From the NCBI GenBank assembly GCA_037141055.1, contig JBAXDH010000003.1:6256-70255 (forward strand): a DNA stretch of 64,000 nt. Direction: 5' to 3'. Below the pieces are notes generated by a model. The model was not told the origin of the DNA. It worked only from the letters and a program-made list of their open reading frames with translations, and searched no databases. Shown here piece by piece: positions 1-8,959 of this stretch; within the stretch, counting starts at the first letter, position 1; every line of letters begins with the position of its first letter. The DNA is from a bacterium (lineage in GTDB: Bacteria; Bacteroidota; Bacteroidia; Bacteroidales; FEN-979). The position numbers were made by a program, and so were the translations under genes.

Positions 1-180
1 CCGTTTTCCTGCCACGGCTTGTGCACGGGAATCCGGTGGATCACCTGCATGAAATGACTCAAACCCGCAGGAATCAACTTCTGCAGGAACTTTAATTTTT
101 TTCAGCTTTTCACGGAGAATCCCTTCAGCAAGAGGGGAGCGGCAAATGTTGCCGGTGCAGACAAAAAGAAATTTTATCAA
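1..180 (-). CDS. Low-molecular-weight protein-tyrosine phosphatase (N-terminal part; C-terminus lies outside the window)
   Basis: Not in the ORF track because the window edge truncates it. The reverse complement of 1-180 reads (TTG)IKFLFVCTGNICRSPLAEGILREKLKKIKVPAEVDSCGFESFHAGDPPDSRAQAVAGKR. It carries the CX5R(S) P-loop CTGNICRS typical of LMW-PTP/Wzb-type phosphatases. There is no in-frame ATG; the TTG at 180-178 is the only plausible start, 17 nt after the dnaA stop. Confidence 0.7.
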   Translation of the reverse strand, partial: MIKFLFVCTGNICRSPLAEGILREKLKKIKVPAEVDSCGFESFHAGDPPDSRAQAVAGKR

Positions 181-197
181 GGTTGTTATAGATTCTG

Positions 198-1649
198 TTA
201 AAGTTTAATCCGCTTATCGAGTTCTTCAACAAAATTTCTGAACTGTTTGTCTGTTTCAACAAGGTTGTTGACAGTCCGGCATGCGTGCAATACCGTAGCG
301 TGGTCTTTATTTCCGCAATGAAGGCCGATGCTTGCAAGGGATGATTTGGTGTGTTTTTTGGAAAAATACATGGAAAGCTGCCTTGCCTGCACAATTTCCC
401 TTTTTCTTGTCTTTGAGTTGATCAGTTCAACAGGTATGTTGAAGAACTCACAAACTACCTTCTGGATATAGTCAATGGATATCTCGCGGGAGGTGTTTTT
501 AACAAACTTGTCAATCATTTGCTTGGCAAGATCCAGGGTAATGATTTTCTTGTTCAGGGAAGATTGGGCAAGCAGAGAGATCAGTGCGCCTTCAAGCTCC
601 CTGATATTCGTGTTGATGTTATATGCAAGGTATTCAATTACTTCGGCAGGAATCGTGATGCCGTCGTTGTACAGTTTTTTATGGAGAATCGCAATGCGCG
701 TCTCAAGGTCGGGAATCTGCAGGTCAGCGGATAATCCCCATTTGAATCTTGACAGAAGGCGCGGTTCAATACCTTTCATTTCCACCGGAGGCTTGTCTGA
801 CGTGAGGATGATCTGGTTGCTCTTCTGGTGAAGGTGATTGAAAATGTGAAAGAATACATCCTGGGTTTTTTCCTTCCCGGCAAGGTTGTGAATATCATCC
901 AGGATAAGCACGTCGATCATCTGGTAAAAGTGGATGAAGTCGTTTTGATTGTTATTCCTGACCGAATCGATGAACTGGTTCGTAAACTGGTCGGTTGTGA
1001 CGTAAAGGACCGTTTTTTCAGGGAAATTATTTTTCACCTGGAGGCCAATGGCATGCGACAGGTGGGTCTTGCCAAGGCCGGTGTAACTGTATAACAGCAA
1101 AGGGTTGAACGCAGTTTTTCCGGGGTTGCTGGCAACGGCAAACCCTGCCGACCGGGCCAGGCGGTTGCAATCACCTTCGATGAAATTTTCAAATGAATAA
1201 CTCTCGATCAGTTGGGAGTTGATTTTGATCTTTTTCAGTCCGGGGATGATAAACGGGTTCGGAATCTCTTTTGATGTGCCTCTGTTCAAGTCGATCGGCA
1301 TAGACACGGGTGAATTTAAAGTTGCTTTTTTCTCGCCTGTTGGTACCTTGATGGTGTAGGGCCCGGAATCAGAATCGGAATTGTCAACAATAATACTGTA
1401 CTCCAGTCTTCCTTCAGTTCCCAGTTCCTTTTTAATTGTCTTTTTAAGCAAACCTATATAATGTTCCTCCAGCCATTCATAAAAGAACTGGCTGGGAACC
1501 TGGATCGTTAAAACCTGGTCCTTCAGTTTAACTGCATTAATCGGAAGAAACCAGGTTTTAAAACTCTGATAGTTGATATTATCTTTAATGACTTTAAGGC
1601 AATTTTCCCAAACTTCGACTGCGTTCTTTTCCATTAATTGAAATGCCAT
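198..1649 (-). CDS. dnaA: Chromosomal replication initiator protein DnaA
   Basis: 483-aa ORF with Walker A GLGKTHL, Walker B LILDDIH, and the C-terminal DnaA-box-binding domain (REIVQARQLSMYF...GNKDHATVLHA). Confidence 0.97.
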   Translation of the reverse strand: MAFQLMEKNAVEVWENCLKVIKDNINYQSFKTWFLPINAVKLKDQVLTIQVPSQFFYEWLEEHYIGLLKKTIKKELGTEGRLEYSIIVDNSDSDSGPYTIKVPTGEKKATLNSPVSMPIDLNRGTSKEIPNPFIIPGLKKIKINSQLIESYSFENFIEGDCNRLARSAGFAVASNPGKTAFNPLLLYSYTGLGKTHLSHAIGLQVKNNFPEKTVLYVTTDQFTNQFIDSVRNNNQNDFIHFYQMIDVLILDDIHNLAGKEKTQDVFFHIFNHLHQKSNQIILTSDKPPVEMKGIEPRLLSRFKWGLSADLQIPDLETRIAILHKKLYNDGITIPAEVIEYLAYNINTNIRELEGALISLLAQSSLNKKIITLDLAKQMIDKFVKNTSREISIDYIQKVVCEFFNIPVELINSKTRKREIVQARQLSMYFSKKHTKSSLASIGLHCGNKDHATVLHACRTVNNLVETDKQFRNFVEELDKRIKL

Positions 1650-2031
1650 GTGTGATTAATTGAGCGCTTTACCGTATCGATATGCTAATCAAGGTATTGA
1701 ATTTTGGTGGGGCAATCAAAATCCTCTTTTGAAGGTCTCATTATTTAATTAACAAATTTTCAAAAAAAAAGTGGAAAAAAAAAATGTTTTACCCTTGATT
1801 TTTCAAAAAAATGTTTTCGAAAAAACCCTGCAGGATCATCCAGGAAACCATAAAAATAATTCTATTTTCCATGACATCAGTTTATTAAGTAACGAAAATA
1901 TTGAACATAACTTCGCTAATAAGAATAAATATAAACAACATGATGCTTATGGTTCAGTCAGTTAGAAAAATCAATGGTTTTGTTTTTTTTATTTATCGTA
2001 CCGAAACTAAAATGTAATACCGTATAAATAC
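1650..2031. other. Candidate oriC / DNA-unwinding region upstream of dnaA
   Basis: 382-bp non-coding gap, visibly AT-rich, with long A/T tracts. AAAATGTTTT occurs twice (1781-1790 and 1807-1816). Only degenerate DnaA-box-like 9-mers are present: TGTGATTAA 1651-1659 (7/9), AGTGGAAAA 1770-1778 (7/9), TCATCCAGG 1836-1844 (6/9), TTTTCCATG 1865-1873 (6/9). No perfect TTATCCACA. Confidence 0.35.
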
Positions 2032-2640
2032 CTAGTTTTTTGTCAACTTTATGCTTTTAAGCCTGTTCATCCGGTCTTCAATTCTTTTCCCATGGCTTTT
2101 TCGAATCTGGAAGTCGATTTCACATTTTTCCTGGGCGGTTTGATAACTGATTTTAACCCCTTCGTCCTTCAGAATTCGCATAATTTCGTTCATGATGGTG
2201 TAATCAAAAACAACCTTATATTTAACCAGGATCGTTTTTTCAATAATGACTGCATTTTCAAGCGATTCCCTGGCAGCAGTGCGGTAGGCATGTATGAGAC
2301 CCGGAATGCCCAGTTTTGTTCCTCCGAAGTACCTTACAACCACCACAAGGATGTCTGTAAGTCCCATTGACAGGATCTGCCCGTATATCGGTTTCCCCGC
2401 CGAACCAGAAGGTTCCCCGTCATCGTTGCTGCGAAAAGCCTTGTTTTCAACTCCAAGCCGGTAGGCATAGCAATGGTGGCTGGCATCGTGATAGACCTTC
2501 CGCAACTCGTCGAGATTGGTCTTCACTTCCTCCTCTGTGGTAACCGGCATGGCAACAGCAATGAATTTACTCGCTTTATCCCTGAATAACGCCTTTGTCT
2601 CGCCTTCAATAGAAAGAAAAGAATCTTTAACATCTTCCAT
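2032..2640 (-). CDS. YigZ / IMPACT family protein (UPF0029)
   Basis: 202-aa ORF. HHCYAYRLG...NDDGEPSGSAGKPI...VVVVRYFGGTKLG is the signature core of the IMPACT/YigZ N-terminal domain. Confidence 0.85.
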   Translation of the reverse strand: MEDVKDSFLSIEGETKALFRDKASKFIAVAMPVTTEEEVKTNLDELRKVYHDASHHCYAYRLGVENKAFRSNDDGEPSGSAGKPIYGQILSMGLTDILVVVVRYFGGTKLGIPGLIHAYRTAARESLENAVIIEKTILVKYKVVFDYTIMNEIMRILKDEGVKISYQTAQEKCEIDFQIRKSHGKRIEDRMNRLKSIKLTKN

Positions 2641-2675
2641 CCTTGCGAAGTTACTTTTATTTTTAATTTCGTGGA

Positions 2676-3578
2676 ATGGACCAATCGAAAAATTCAGTAA
2701 AAAACCTCATAGGACGTTTCAGGCAGGAACTTGACGGCATGTATCCTGAAGGGGAAATAAGCCAGTTCATCTACCTCCTTTTTGAGGCCTATTTGGGATG
2801 GCCAAAAACAACGGTGCAGATGTCCTTTGGAAATGCTGTACCTGACCCGGAGATGAGGCTGTTTGAAACGGCGCTGACGCAATTGCTTGCAGGCAGGCCG
2901 GTTCAGCAGGTAATCGGGCAGACCTGGTTCAACGGATTGGTGTTTAAGGTTAACGGGCATGTACTGATTCCCCGGCCGGAAACGGAAGAATTATGCCTGA
3001 TGATTCACAATGACTTCCAGGGACCACCTGACCCACGCCTGTCAATACTGGATATCGGAACAGGTTCAGGCTGTATCGCGATAGACCTGAAAAAACATTT
3101 TCCAACTGCGGAGGTAACTGCCATCGATTTATCGGACGAAGCCCTGGCCGTGGCAAAAGAAAACGGTCAACTGAACAATTGCGAAATTAAGTTTGTCCGG
3201 GCCGATATTCTCAATCCAGATCAATGGGATCAGTTCGGACAATTCGATGTAATCGTGAGCAATCCCCCGTACATACCTGAAAACGAGCGGGCGCTCATGC
3301 ACCGCAATGTAACCGGCTATGAACCTGGCACGGCATTGTTTGTGCCTGATGAAAATCCGCTGTTATTTTATCGTGCCATTGCAGAATTTGCAACGCAGCA
3401 CCTGAAGCCCCGTTCGCGGTTGTATTTTGAGATCAATGAGAGGTTTGGGGCGGAAGTCTGTGAACTTTTATCGTTATCCGGCTTCGACAACGTCAGGTTA
3501 ACCCGCGATATCCATGGAAAAGACCGGATTGTTTCGGCAAAGTATCTTCCTGCACCAGCCGGTGACATCCTGTATTAA
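2676..3578 (+). CDS. prmC: Peptide chain release factor N5-glutamine methyltransferase
   Basis: 300-aa ORF with SAM-binding motif ILDIGTGSGCIAI and catalytic NPPY (VSNPPYIP). Length and layout are typical of HemK/PrmC. Confidence 0.9.
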   Translation: MDQSKNSVKNLIGRFRQELDGMYPEGEISQFIYLLFEAYLGWPKTTVQMSFGNAVPDPEMRLFETALTQLLAGRPVQQVIGQTWFNGLVFKVNGHVLIPRPETEELCLMIHNDFQGPPDPRLSILDIGTGSGCIAIDLKKHFPTAEVTAIDLSDEALAVAKENGQLNNCEIKFVRADILNPDQWDQFGQFDVIVSNPPYIPENERALMHRNVTGYEPGTALFVPDENPLLFYRAIAEFATQHLKPRSRLYFEINERFGAEVCELLSLSGFDNVRLTRDIHGKDRIVSAKYLPAPAGDILY

Positions 3579-3587
3579 TATGGTGTG

Positions 3588-4247
3588 CTAAGGTTTTCCG
3601 AATATTGCTGTACCAATCCTTACCAGGTTACTGCCTTCTTCGATGGCTATTTTGTAGTCGCCCGACATCCCCATGGAGATGATGCGAAACGCGTCATCAT
3701 CAATAAAACAGAGGGTCTTCAGCATGTCAAAATATTCCCGCAGGCACCTGAATTCTCTTCTGACAATATCTGTATCGTCGGAAAAACTGGCCATTCCCAT
3801 GATCCCGGTAATCCTGGTGTTTTTCATTTCCCGGTACCCGGCCGATTGAAGGAGGGACTTGCCCTCCGCTAAATCCATGCCGAATTTTGTCTCTTCCGTT
3901 GCAATATGGAACTGCAACAGGCAATCAATCACCCTGTTGTTTTTCAGCGCTTCCTTATTGATTTCCCTGAGCAGTGCGAGGCTGTCGACGCTGTGAATAA
4001 GGTGAACACAAGGAGCAATGTATTTGACTTTATTGGTTTGCAGATGGCCGATGAAATGCCACTCGATATCCGGCGGAAGCTGCGAATGTTTCAGTGCCAG
4101 CTCCCGGGCCTTGTTTTCGCCAAACATCCGCTGGCCCGCCCGGTATGCCTCCAAAATCGCCGGAACTGGCTGCATTTTCGACACAGCCACTACCTGAATA
4201 TTCTCAGGAATGGAATGTTGCAGCATCTTTATTCTTTCAGGGATCAT
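3588..4247 (-). CDS. yggS: YggS family pyridoxal-phosphate homeostasis protein
   Basis: VAVSKMQP (PLP-lysine region), FGENKARE, WHFIGHLQTNKVKY and SMGMSGDY are all YggS/PROSC hallmarks. I prefer the ATG at 4247 (MIPERIK...) over the ORF-track start at 4301, which would overlap the divergent neighbour. Confidence 0.9.
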   Translation of the reverse strand: MIPERIKMLQHSIPENIQVVAVSKMQPVPAILEAYRAGQRMFGENKARELALKHSQLPPDIEWHFIGHLQTNKVKYIAPCVHLIHSVDSLALLREINKEALKNNRVIDCLLQFHIATEETKFGMDLAEGKSLLQSAGYREMKNTRITGIMGMASFSDDTDIVRREFRCLREYFDMLKTLCFIDDDAFRIISMGMSGDYKIAIEEGSNLVRIGTAIFGKP

Positions 4248-4328
4248 TTGATTCAGGGGGGTTGGATATAACAAAAATACACATTTGGACCAATGGGACA
4301 ATGGCTTACCTTTGCATTTTGGTACATT

Positions 4329-6185
4329 ATGAGAAAAATTCTCTTATCTTTTTTACGGCAGCTGGTTTTCTGGATACTGTTTTTCAACCTCACACGGCTG
4401 ATTTTTATTGTCTATTACCTGAAGATCATCCTTGTAGAGAAAATCAGGTTCGTTGAAGTTCCGAGCGTATTCATACATGCCTTTAAACTCGACCTCGCCA
4501 CTGCCTGCTATATTATGATTTTTCCTTTTTTGATCCTCGCCTTTCAGTCAGTTGTGCATCTGAAATGGCTCAACCTTGTCAATAAAATCTATGCGGGATT
4601 CATAATCACCGGTTACAGTCTTACTGCTGTGGGTGAAATGGGAATTTATGCCGAATGGAAAACCAAACTTACCTACAAGGTGATAAAATATTTCAACCAT
4701 CCCGGTGAGATATTCAACTCGGCTGAAACCGGTACTTTTTTCCTTCTGGTACTCCTGTTCTTAGCCATTTCAGCGGCGGGCATAATAATGTATATCAAAC
4801 TGTTTTACCTGCCGCCAGGGGAAGCAGCGAGGAAACCGCTGTTTACGATAAGTTTTGCATTGATTGTGCCCCTGCTCTTATTTGTCGGGTTGCGCGGCGG
4901 GGTCCAGCAGATCCCCATCAACCAGAGCCAGTCCTATTATTCCGATCACAACATTCTCAACATTGCTGCTGTAAACAATGCTTTCAACCTGTATATCAGC
5001 ATCTTCGAAAATTTGCAAAACTTCGACCATGATCCGTACGTGTTCATGGATAAGAGAACCGCCGCGGAAATCATGAAGAAAATTTACCGGGCACCTTCCG
5101 ATTCGAGCCTGTCAATCCTTACAACCGAACGTCCGAATATCGTGTTGCTGATCATGGAAAGCTGGTCCGCCGATTTATTCGAAGACCTTGGCGGCGAACC
5201 GGGAATCACTCCTGAGTTTAAAAAACTGGAAAAGAACGGGATACTCTTCGACCAGGTATATGCGACCGGTGCCAGGTCGGAGCAGGGCATGGCCTCCATC
5301 TTTGGCGGCTTTCCTGCACATCCGGTGAGTTCGATCACTGTTCAGCCTGATAAATTTGTCAAATTGCCCAGCATTGTCAAGGTGCTTAAGAACCAGGGAT
5401 ACAGTTCTGCGTTCTATTTCGGCGGACAGCTGATTTATGGAAACATCAAGAGTTATATCATTTTCAATGGTTTTGATAAAATAATGGAAGGCGACGATTT
5501 TCCGAAAAGCATTCCCCAGGGAAAACTCGGAATTCATGACGAATTCACGCTTGGTTATATGGAAAATGACCTGGGGAACATGAAGCAGCCATTCTTTGCC
5601 GCACTCTTTACGATCAGCACGCATTCGCCCTGGGACCAGCCCTATAAAAAACCGTTGAAGTGGGGTGACAACGAGCATGAGTACATCAATGCAGCCTATT
5701 ACACCGATCACTGCCTGGGCGAATTTTTCGCAAAAGCAAAAACACAGCCCTGGTATGAAAATACACTGTTCATCATTGTTGCCGACCACAGCCACAATTC
5801 ATACCGGAACTGGCATCCTTATTCAAAGGAGTACCACAAAATACCCATGATGTTCTATGGAAATGTGATCAGGGAAAAATACAGGGGAACCATATGGCAT
5901 AAACTCGGAAACCAGAATGACCTTGCGGCCACATTACTCGGACAGATGAAACTGCCTGCCGGCGATTTTCATTACAGCAAAAACCTTTTCAATCCCGCAT
6001 CACCCGAATTTGCTTACTATACAACAGAAGACGGGGTAGGCTGGATTAGACCCAACGGATATTTCACCTACGATAAAGGCTCCGATTTTTATTACTGGTG
6101 GACCGACCCAAAACTTGCCGATTCAATAAAGCAGGAAGGAAAGGCTTACCTTCAAACGGTTTTTGGAGAATACATGAGCAATTGA
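4329..6185 (+). CDS. LTA-synthase/sulfatase-family membrane protein (phosphoglycerol- or phosphoethanolamine-transferase-like)
   Basis: N-terminal region has about 5 hydrophobic helices. It is followed by an alkaline-phosphatase-superfamily domain (LLIMESWSADL, ISTHSPW, IIVADHSHN). Start set at ATG 4329 (MRKILLSFL). Confidence 0.8.
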   Translation: MRKILLSFLRQLVFWILFFNLTRLIFIVYYLKIILVEKIRFVEVPSVFIHAFKLDLATACYIMIFPFLILAFQSVVHLKWLNLVNKIYAGFIITGYSLTAVGEMGIYAEWKTKLTYKVIKYFNHPGEIFNSAETGTFFLLVLLFLAISAAGIIMYIKLFYLPPGEAARKPLFTISFALIVPLLLFVGLRGGVQQIPINQSQSYYSDHNILNIAAVNNAFNLYISIFENLQNFDHDPYVFMDKRTAAEIMKKIYRAPSDSSLSILTTERPNIVLLIMESWSADLFEDLGGEPGITPEFKKLEKNGILFDQVYATGARSEQGMASIFGGFPAHPVSSITVQPDKFVKLPSIVKVLKNQGYSSAFYFGGQLIYGNIKSYIIFNGFDKIMEGDDFPKSIPQGKLGIHDEFTLGYMENDLGNMKQPFFAALFTISTHSPWDQPYKKPLKWGDNEHEYINAAYYTDHCLGEFFAKAKTQPWYENTLFIIVADHSHNSYRNWHPYSKEYHKIPMMFYGNVIREKYRGTIWHKLGNQNDLAATLLGQMKLPAGDFHYSKNLFNPASPEFAYYTTEDGVGWIRPNGYFTYDKGSDFYYWWTDPKLADSIKQEGKAYLQTVFGEYMSN

Positions 6186-6192
6186 ACAAACG

Positions 6193-7440
6193 CTAATCCA
6201 GGGCATGAACAACAAGGCCCGAACGCAGTTTGGGTTCAAACCATGTGGTTTTCGGGGGCATGATGTTTCCTGAATCGGCAATATCGATGAGTTGTTTCAT
6301 GGATACGGGATAAAGTGCAAAGGCGGCTTTCATCTCTCCGCTGTCGACCCTTTTCTGCAATTCGGCGAGCCCGCGGATACCGCCCACGAAATCAATCCGG
6401 TCTGAGGTCCTGAGATCGGCAATTCCAAGAATGTTATCGAGCACCAGCCGGGATAGAATTGTCACATCCAGCACACCGATCGGATCGCCGTCATTGTATG
6501 TCCCTTGTTTTGCAGTCATTGAATACCAGGTGCCCTCAAGGTACAATCCAAAATTGTGCAGGGAGGAGGGTTTGTAAACCGCGCTTCCCTTCTTTTCAAT
6601 GGTAAAGACCGCCCCGAGTTTTTGCAAAAAATCCGCGGCAGTCAGCCCGTTCAGGTCTTTTACCACGCGGTTGTAGTCGATAATTGAAAGCTGGTTGTCT
6701 GGAAAATGAACAGCCAGAAAGAAATTGTATTCCTCTGTGCCGTTGTGGTCCGGGTTGCTCAGCTTCTTTTCATTGCCCACAAGAGCGGCAGCAGCCGTAC
6801 GGTGGTGCCCGTCTGCAACATATGTAAATGGAACTGCCGCAAATAATTCAACAATTCGGCCGACAATAGCAGCATCCCTGATAACCCAGAAATGATGGCC
6901 AACGCCGTCATCCGCAACAAAGTCATATTCCGGGCTGTGATTTTTAACAAAGCTTGAAACAATTTCATCGATATCCGCTACTGCGGGATAGGTAAAAAAG
7001 ACCGGTTCCATGTTGGCATTTGTGATGCGCACATGTTTCATGCGATCTTCTTCTTTATCCTTGCGTGTAAGTTCATGCTTTTTGATGATGCCATCGAGGT
7101 AGTCGGTCACGCCGGCGCAGCCCACAATGCCATATTGTGTTTTGCCGTTCATGGTCTGCGCATAGATATAAAGGATATCGCGGTCATCCTGCTTCAGCCA
7201 GCCCTGGCTTTTGAACAGGTTGAAATTCTCCCTGGCTTTTTCATAAACAGCCTGAGCGTGGACATCCATGGAGGCCGGAAGGTCGATTTCAGGTTTAATG
7301 ATGTGCAGGAGTGAATATTGATTGTCTTTTGCTTCTTCCCGGGCTTCATCAGAATTAAGGACGTCATAGGGTCTGGAAGCAAGTTCCTTTGCGATTGCAA
7401 CTGGAGGCCTCAGGCCTTTAAACGGTTTTAGTATGGCCAT
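6193..7440 (-). CDS. DUF1015 family protein
   Basis: 415-aa ORF beginning MAILKPFKGLRPP with ADGHHRTAAA. This is the conserved DUF1015 signature, and the family is commonly adjacent to serA/serC in Bacteroidota. Confidence 0.8.
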   Translation of the reverse strand: MAILKPFKGLRPPVAIAKELASRPYDVLNSDEAREEAKDNQYSLLHIIKPEIDLPASMDVHAQAVYEKARENFNLFKSQGWLKQDDRDILYIYAQTMNGKTQYGIVGCAGVTDYLDGIIKKHELTRKDKEEDRMKHVRITNANMEPVFFTYPAVADIDEIVSSFVKNHSPEYDFVADDGVGHHFWVIRDAAIVGRIVELFAAVPFTYVADGHHRTAAAALVGNEKKLSNPDHNGTEEYNFFLAVHFPDNQLSIIDYNRVVKDLNGLTAADFLQKLGAVFTIEKKGSAVYKPSSLHNFGLYLEGTWYSMTAKQGTYNDGDPIGVLDVTILSRLVLDNILGIADLRTSDRIDFVGGIRGLAELQKRVDSGEMKAAFALYPVSMKQLIDIADSGNIMPPKTTWFEPKLRSGLVVHALD

Positions 7441-7515
7441 ATCAATGGTTAGTTAAGGTTAGTGTGGAAATAGCAGGAATTTTCCGTTCGGGACAGGATT
7501 GCGGGCCGATAAACA

Positions 7516-7941
7516 TCAATCAGGACTGTCGTCGTCGTCAAGTTCACCAGGTTTAACACTGCGCTGCAGGGATCCGATAAGGGCACCGATCATCTTGGTC
7601 ATTTCCATCAGGTGATTCTTCGAATGATCGTATTCGGCAGCACTGATAAAACTACGGTTCTGGGCGATGGTAGACAGCACAACACACTCCCTTACGGAAC
7701 TTTTCGCCATTTTGAGGTAATACACGAACTGGCTTTTATTGCGGGATGAACCTTCGGCAATGTTTAACGGGATGCCATTGGCAGAAGTCAGAAAGCGTTC
7801 AAAAAACAATTTCATGAACGGATCATCTTTCGCGTTTTTTGCCATTAAATACACCCAGTCGACGTATTCAAGCGCTTTATGGTAGATTCTGAGATCTTCA
7901 AACCTGAAGAAAGTGGTTGGTCTTTCGTGTTCGTTTTCCAT
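7516..7941 (-). CDS. Four-helix-bundle protein (23S rRNA intervening-sequence protein / Avd-like family)
   Basis: FEDLRIYHKALEY...IAEGSSRNKSQFVYYLKMAKSSVRE matches the TIGR02436/PF05635 pattern (F.dL.vw..a......AEG..r......f..fl.iA.gS..E). Start set at ATG 7941 (MENEHER). Confidence 0.75.
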   Translation of the reverse strand: MENEHERPTTFFRFEDLRIYHKALEYVDWVYLMAKNAKDDPFMKLFFERFLTSANGIPLNIAEGSSRNKSQFVYYLKMAKSSVRECVVLSTIAQNRSFISAAEYDHSKNHLMEMTKMIGALIGSLQRSVKPGELDDDDSPD

Positions 7942-8024
7942 TGTTTTCGCTCCGTAATTTTTAGTTATGGTGAGGTTGATTGCAACAAACTGGTGCAATA
8001 ATAGTAAAAAAATAAACCGCTGGG

Positions 8025-8948
8025 TTATTTATTAACCTGAAATGTTTTATCTCCGTTTGTCAGAAAATTCACAATCTGCCTGGCTGCAGCAATGCCTGCA
8101 TTGATATTTGCCTCCTCCGTTTGCGCACCCATTTTTTTCGGTGTGCAGAAAAATTTCGCCTTAAAACCGGCTTCAATCTCGGCCTTATTGGTGGGCTCAA
8201 CATCCGTAAGATACGCAAAATCTTTTCTTTCCTGGAACATCTTCAGGAGGTCCGCCTCATGAATTACTTCAGCCCTTGCTGTATTGACCAGGCAGGCAGG
8301 TACCGGCATCCTGGAAAGGAGTGCATAGTTTACCGAAAGTTTTGTCTGGCTGTTTGCGGGGATATGCAGTGAAATAAAATGACAGGTGCTGTAGAGTTCT
8401 TCTACGGTCCCGACCCATTTCACCCCGTCTTTTTCAATTTCCTGGCGTGAAATGAACGGGTCGAAGGCGTAAACATCCATCCCGAAACCTTTTGCAATGC
8501 GGGCGACATTTTTTCCCACAAACCCATATGCATGGATGCCAAGTTTTTTCCCCATCAGTTCACTGCCCGATTTACCTGAATAGAATCCGCGGGCATAAAA
8601 GACCATCATGCCAAGTGCCAGTTCCGCAACCGCATTTGAATTCTGGCCGGGTGTATTCATCGCGACAACACCTTTTGCGGTGGCAGCCAGCAGGTCGATG
8701 TTATCATAACCAGCACCGGCTCTCACGATGATTTTCAACCTGGAACCGGCATCGATCACAGATTTATCAGCTTTGTCACTCCGGATGATCACTGCATCGG
8801 CATCTGCCACTGCTTTGATAAAATCATCCTGACTGGTGTAATTCTCAAGAAGTTCCAGGTCGTAACCTGCATCTTCAACAACTTTGCGGATACCCTTTAC
8901 CGCTACCGGGGCAAATGCTTTGTCCGTAGCTACCAATACTTTTGTCAT
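8025..8948 (-). CDS. serA: D-3-phosphoglycerate dehydrogenase (D-isomer 2-hydroxyacid dehydrogenase family)
   Basis: 307-aa ORF with NAD-binding GIHAYGFVGKNVA and the catalytic-domain pattern (NTARAEV...). It lies immediately upstream of serC. Confidence 0.85.
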   Translation of the reverse strand: MTKVLVATDKAFAPVAVKGIRKVVEDAGYDLELLENYTSQDDFIKAVADADAVIIRSDKADKSVIDAGSRLKIIVRAGAGYDNIDLLAATAKGVVAMNTPGQNSNAVAELALGMMVFYARGFYSGKSGSELMGKKLGIHAYGFVGKNVARIAKGFGMDVYAFDPFISRQEIEKDGVKWVGTVEELYSTCHFISLHIPANSQTKLSVNYALLSRMPVPACLVNTARAEVIHEADLLKMFQERKDFAYLTDVEPTNKAEIEAGFKAKFFCTPKKMGAQTEEANINAGIAAARQIVNFLTNGDKTFQVNK

Positions 8949-8959
8949 ACCCTTATATA

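Noticed and set aside
1771-1965. 64-aa GTG-initiated ORF inside the dnaA upstream gap
   Set aside because: It is a low-complexity Asn/Lys-rich translation of an AT-rich region with no promoter box or RBS-like context. The region is better explained as origin or regulatory DNA.
4247-4329. Apparent overlap of the yggS and LTA-synthase-family ORFs in the six-frame track (4293-4301)
   Set aside because: Using the internal ATGs (4247 on the minus strand, 4329 on the plus strand) removes the overlap. It leaves an 81-bp divergent promoter gap, and both proteins then begin at family-typical positions.
5175-5795. 206-aa minus-strand ORF
   Set aside because: It is antisense to the sulfatase domain of the LTA-synthase-family gene, with no independent support.
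7441-8024. Possible diversity-generating retroelement around the Avd-like four-helix-bundle gene
   Set aside because: No reverse transcriptase ORF and no template/variable repeat pair is visible anywhere in the window. Only the orphan accessory-type gene is present.
8005-8030. Possible minus-strand terminator hairpin after serA (ATAACC-CAGC-GGTTTAT plus T-run)
   Set aside because: The stem is only 4+4 bp with a bulge, is AT-rich and overlaps the serA stop codon. It is too weak to call.
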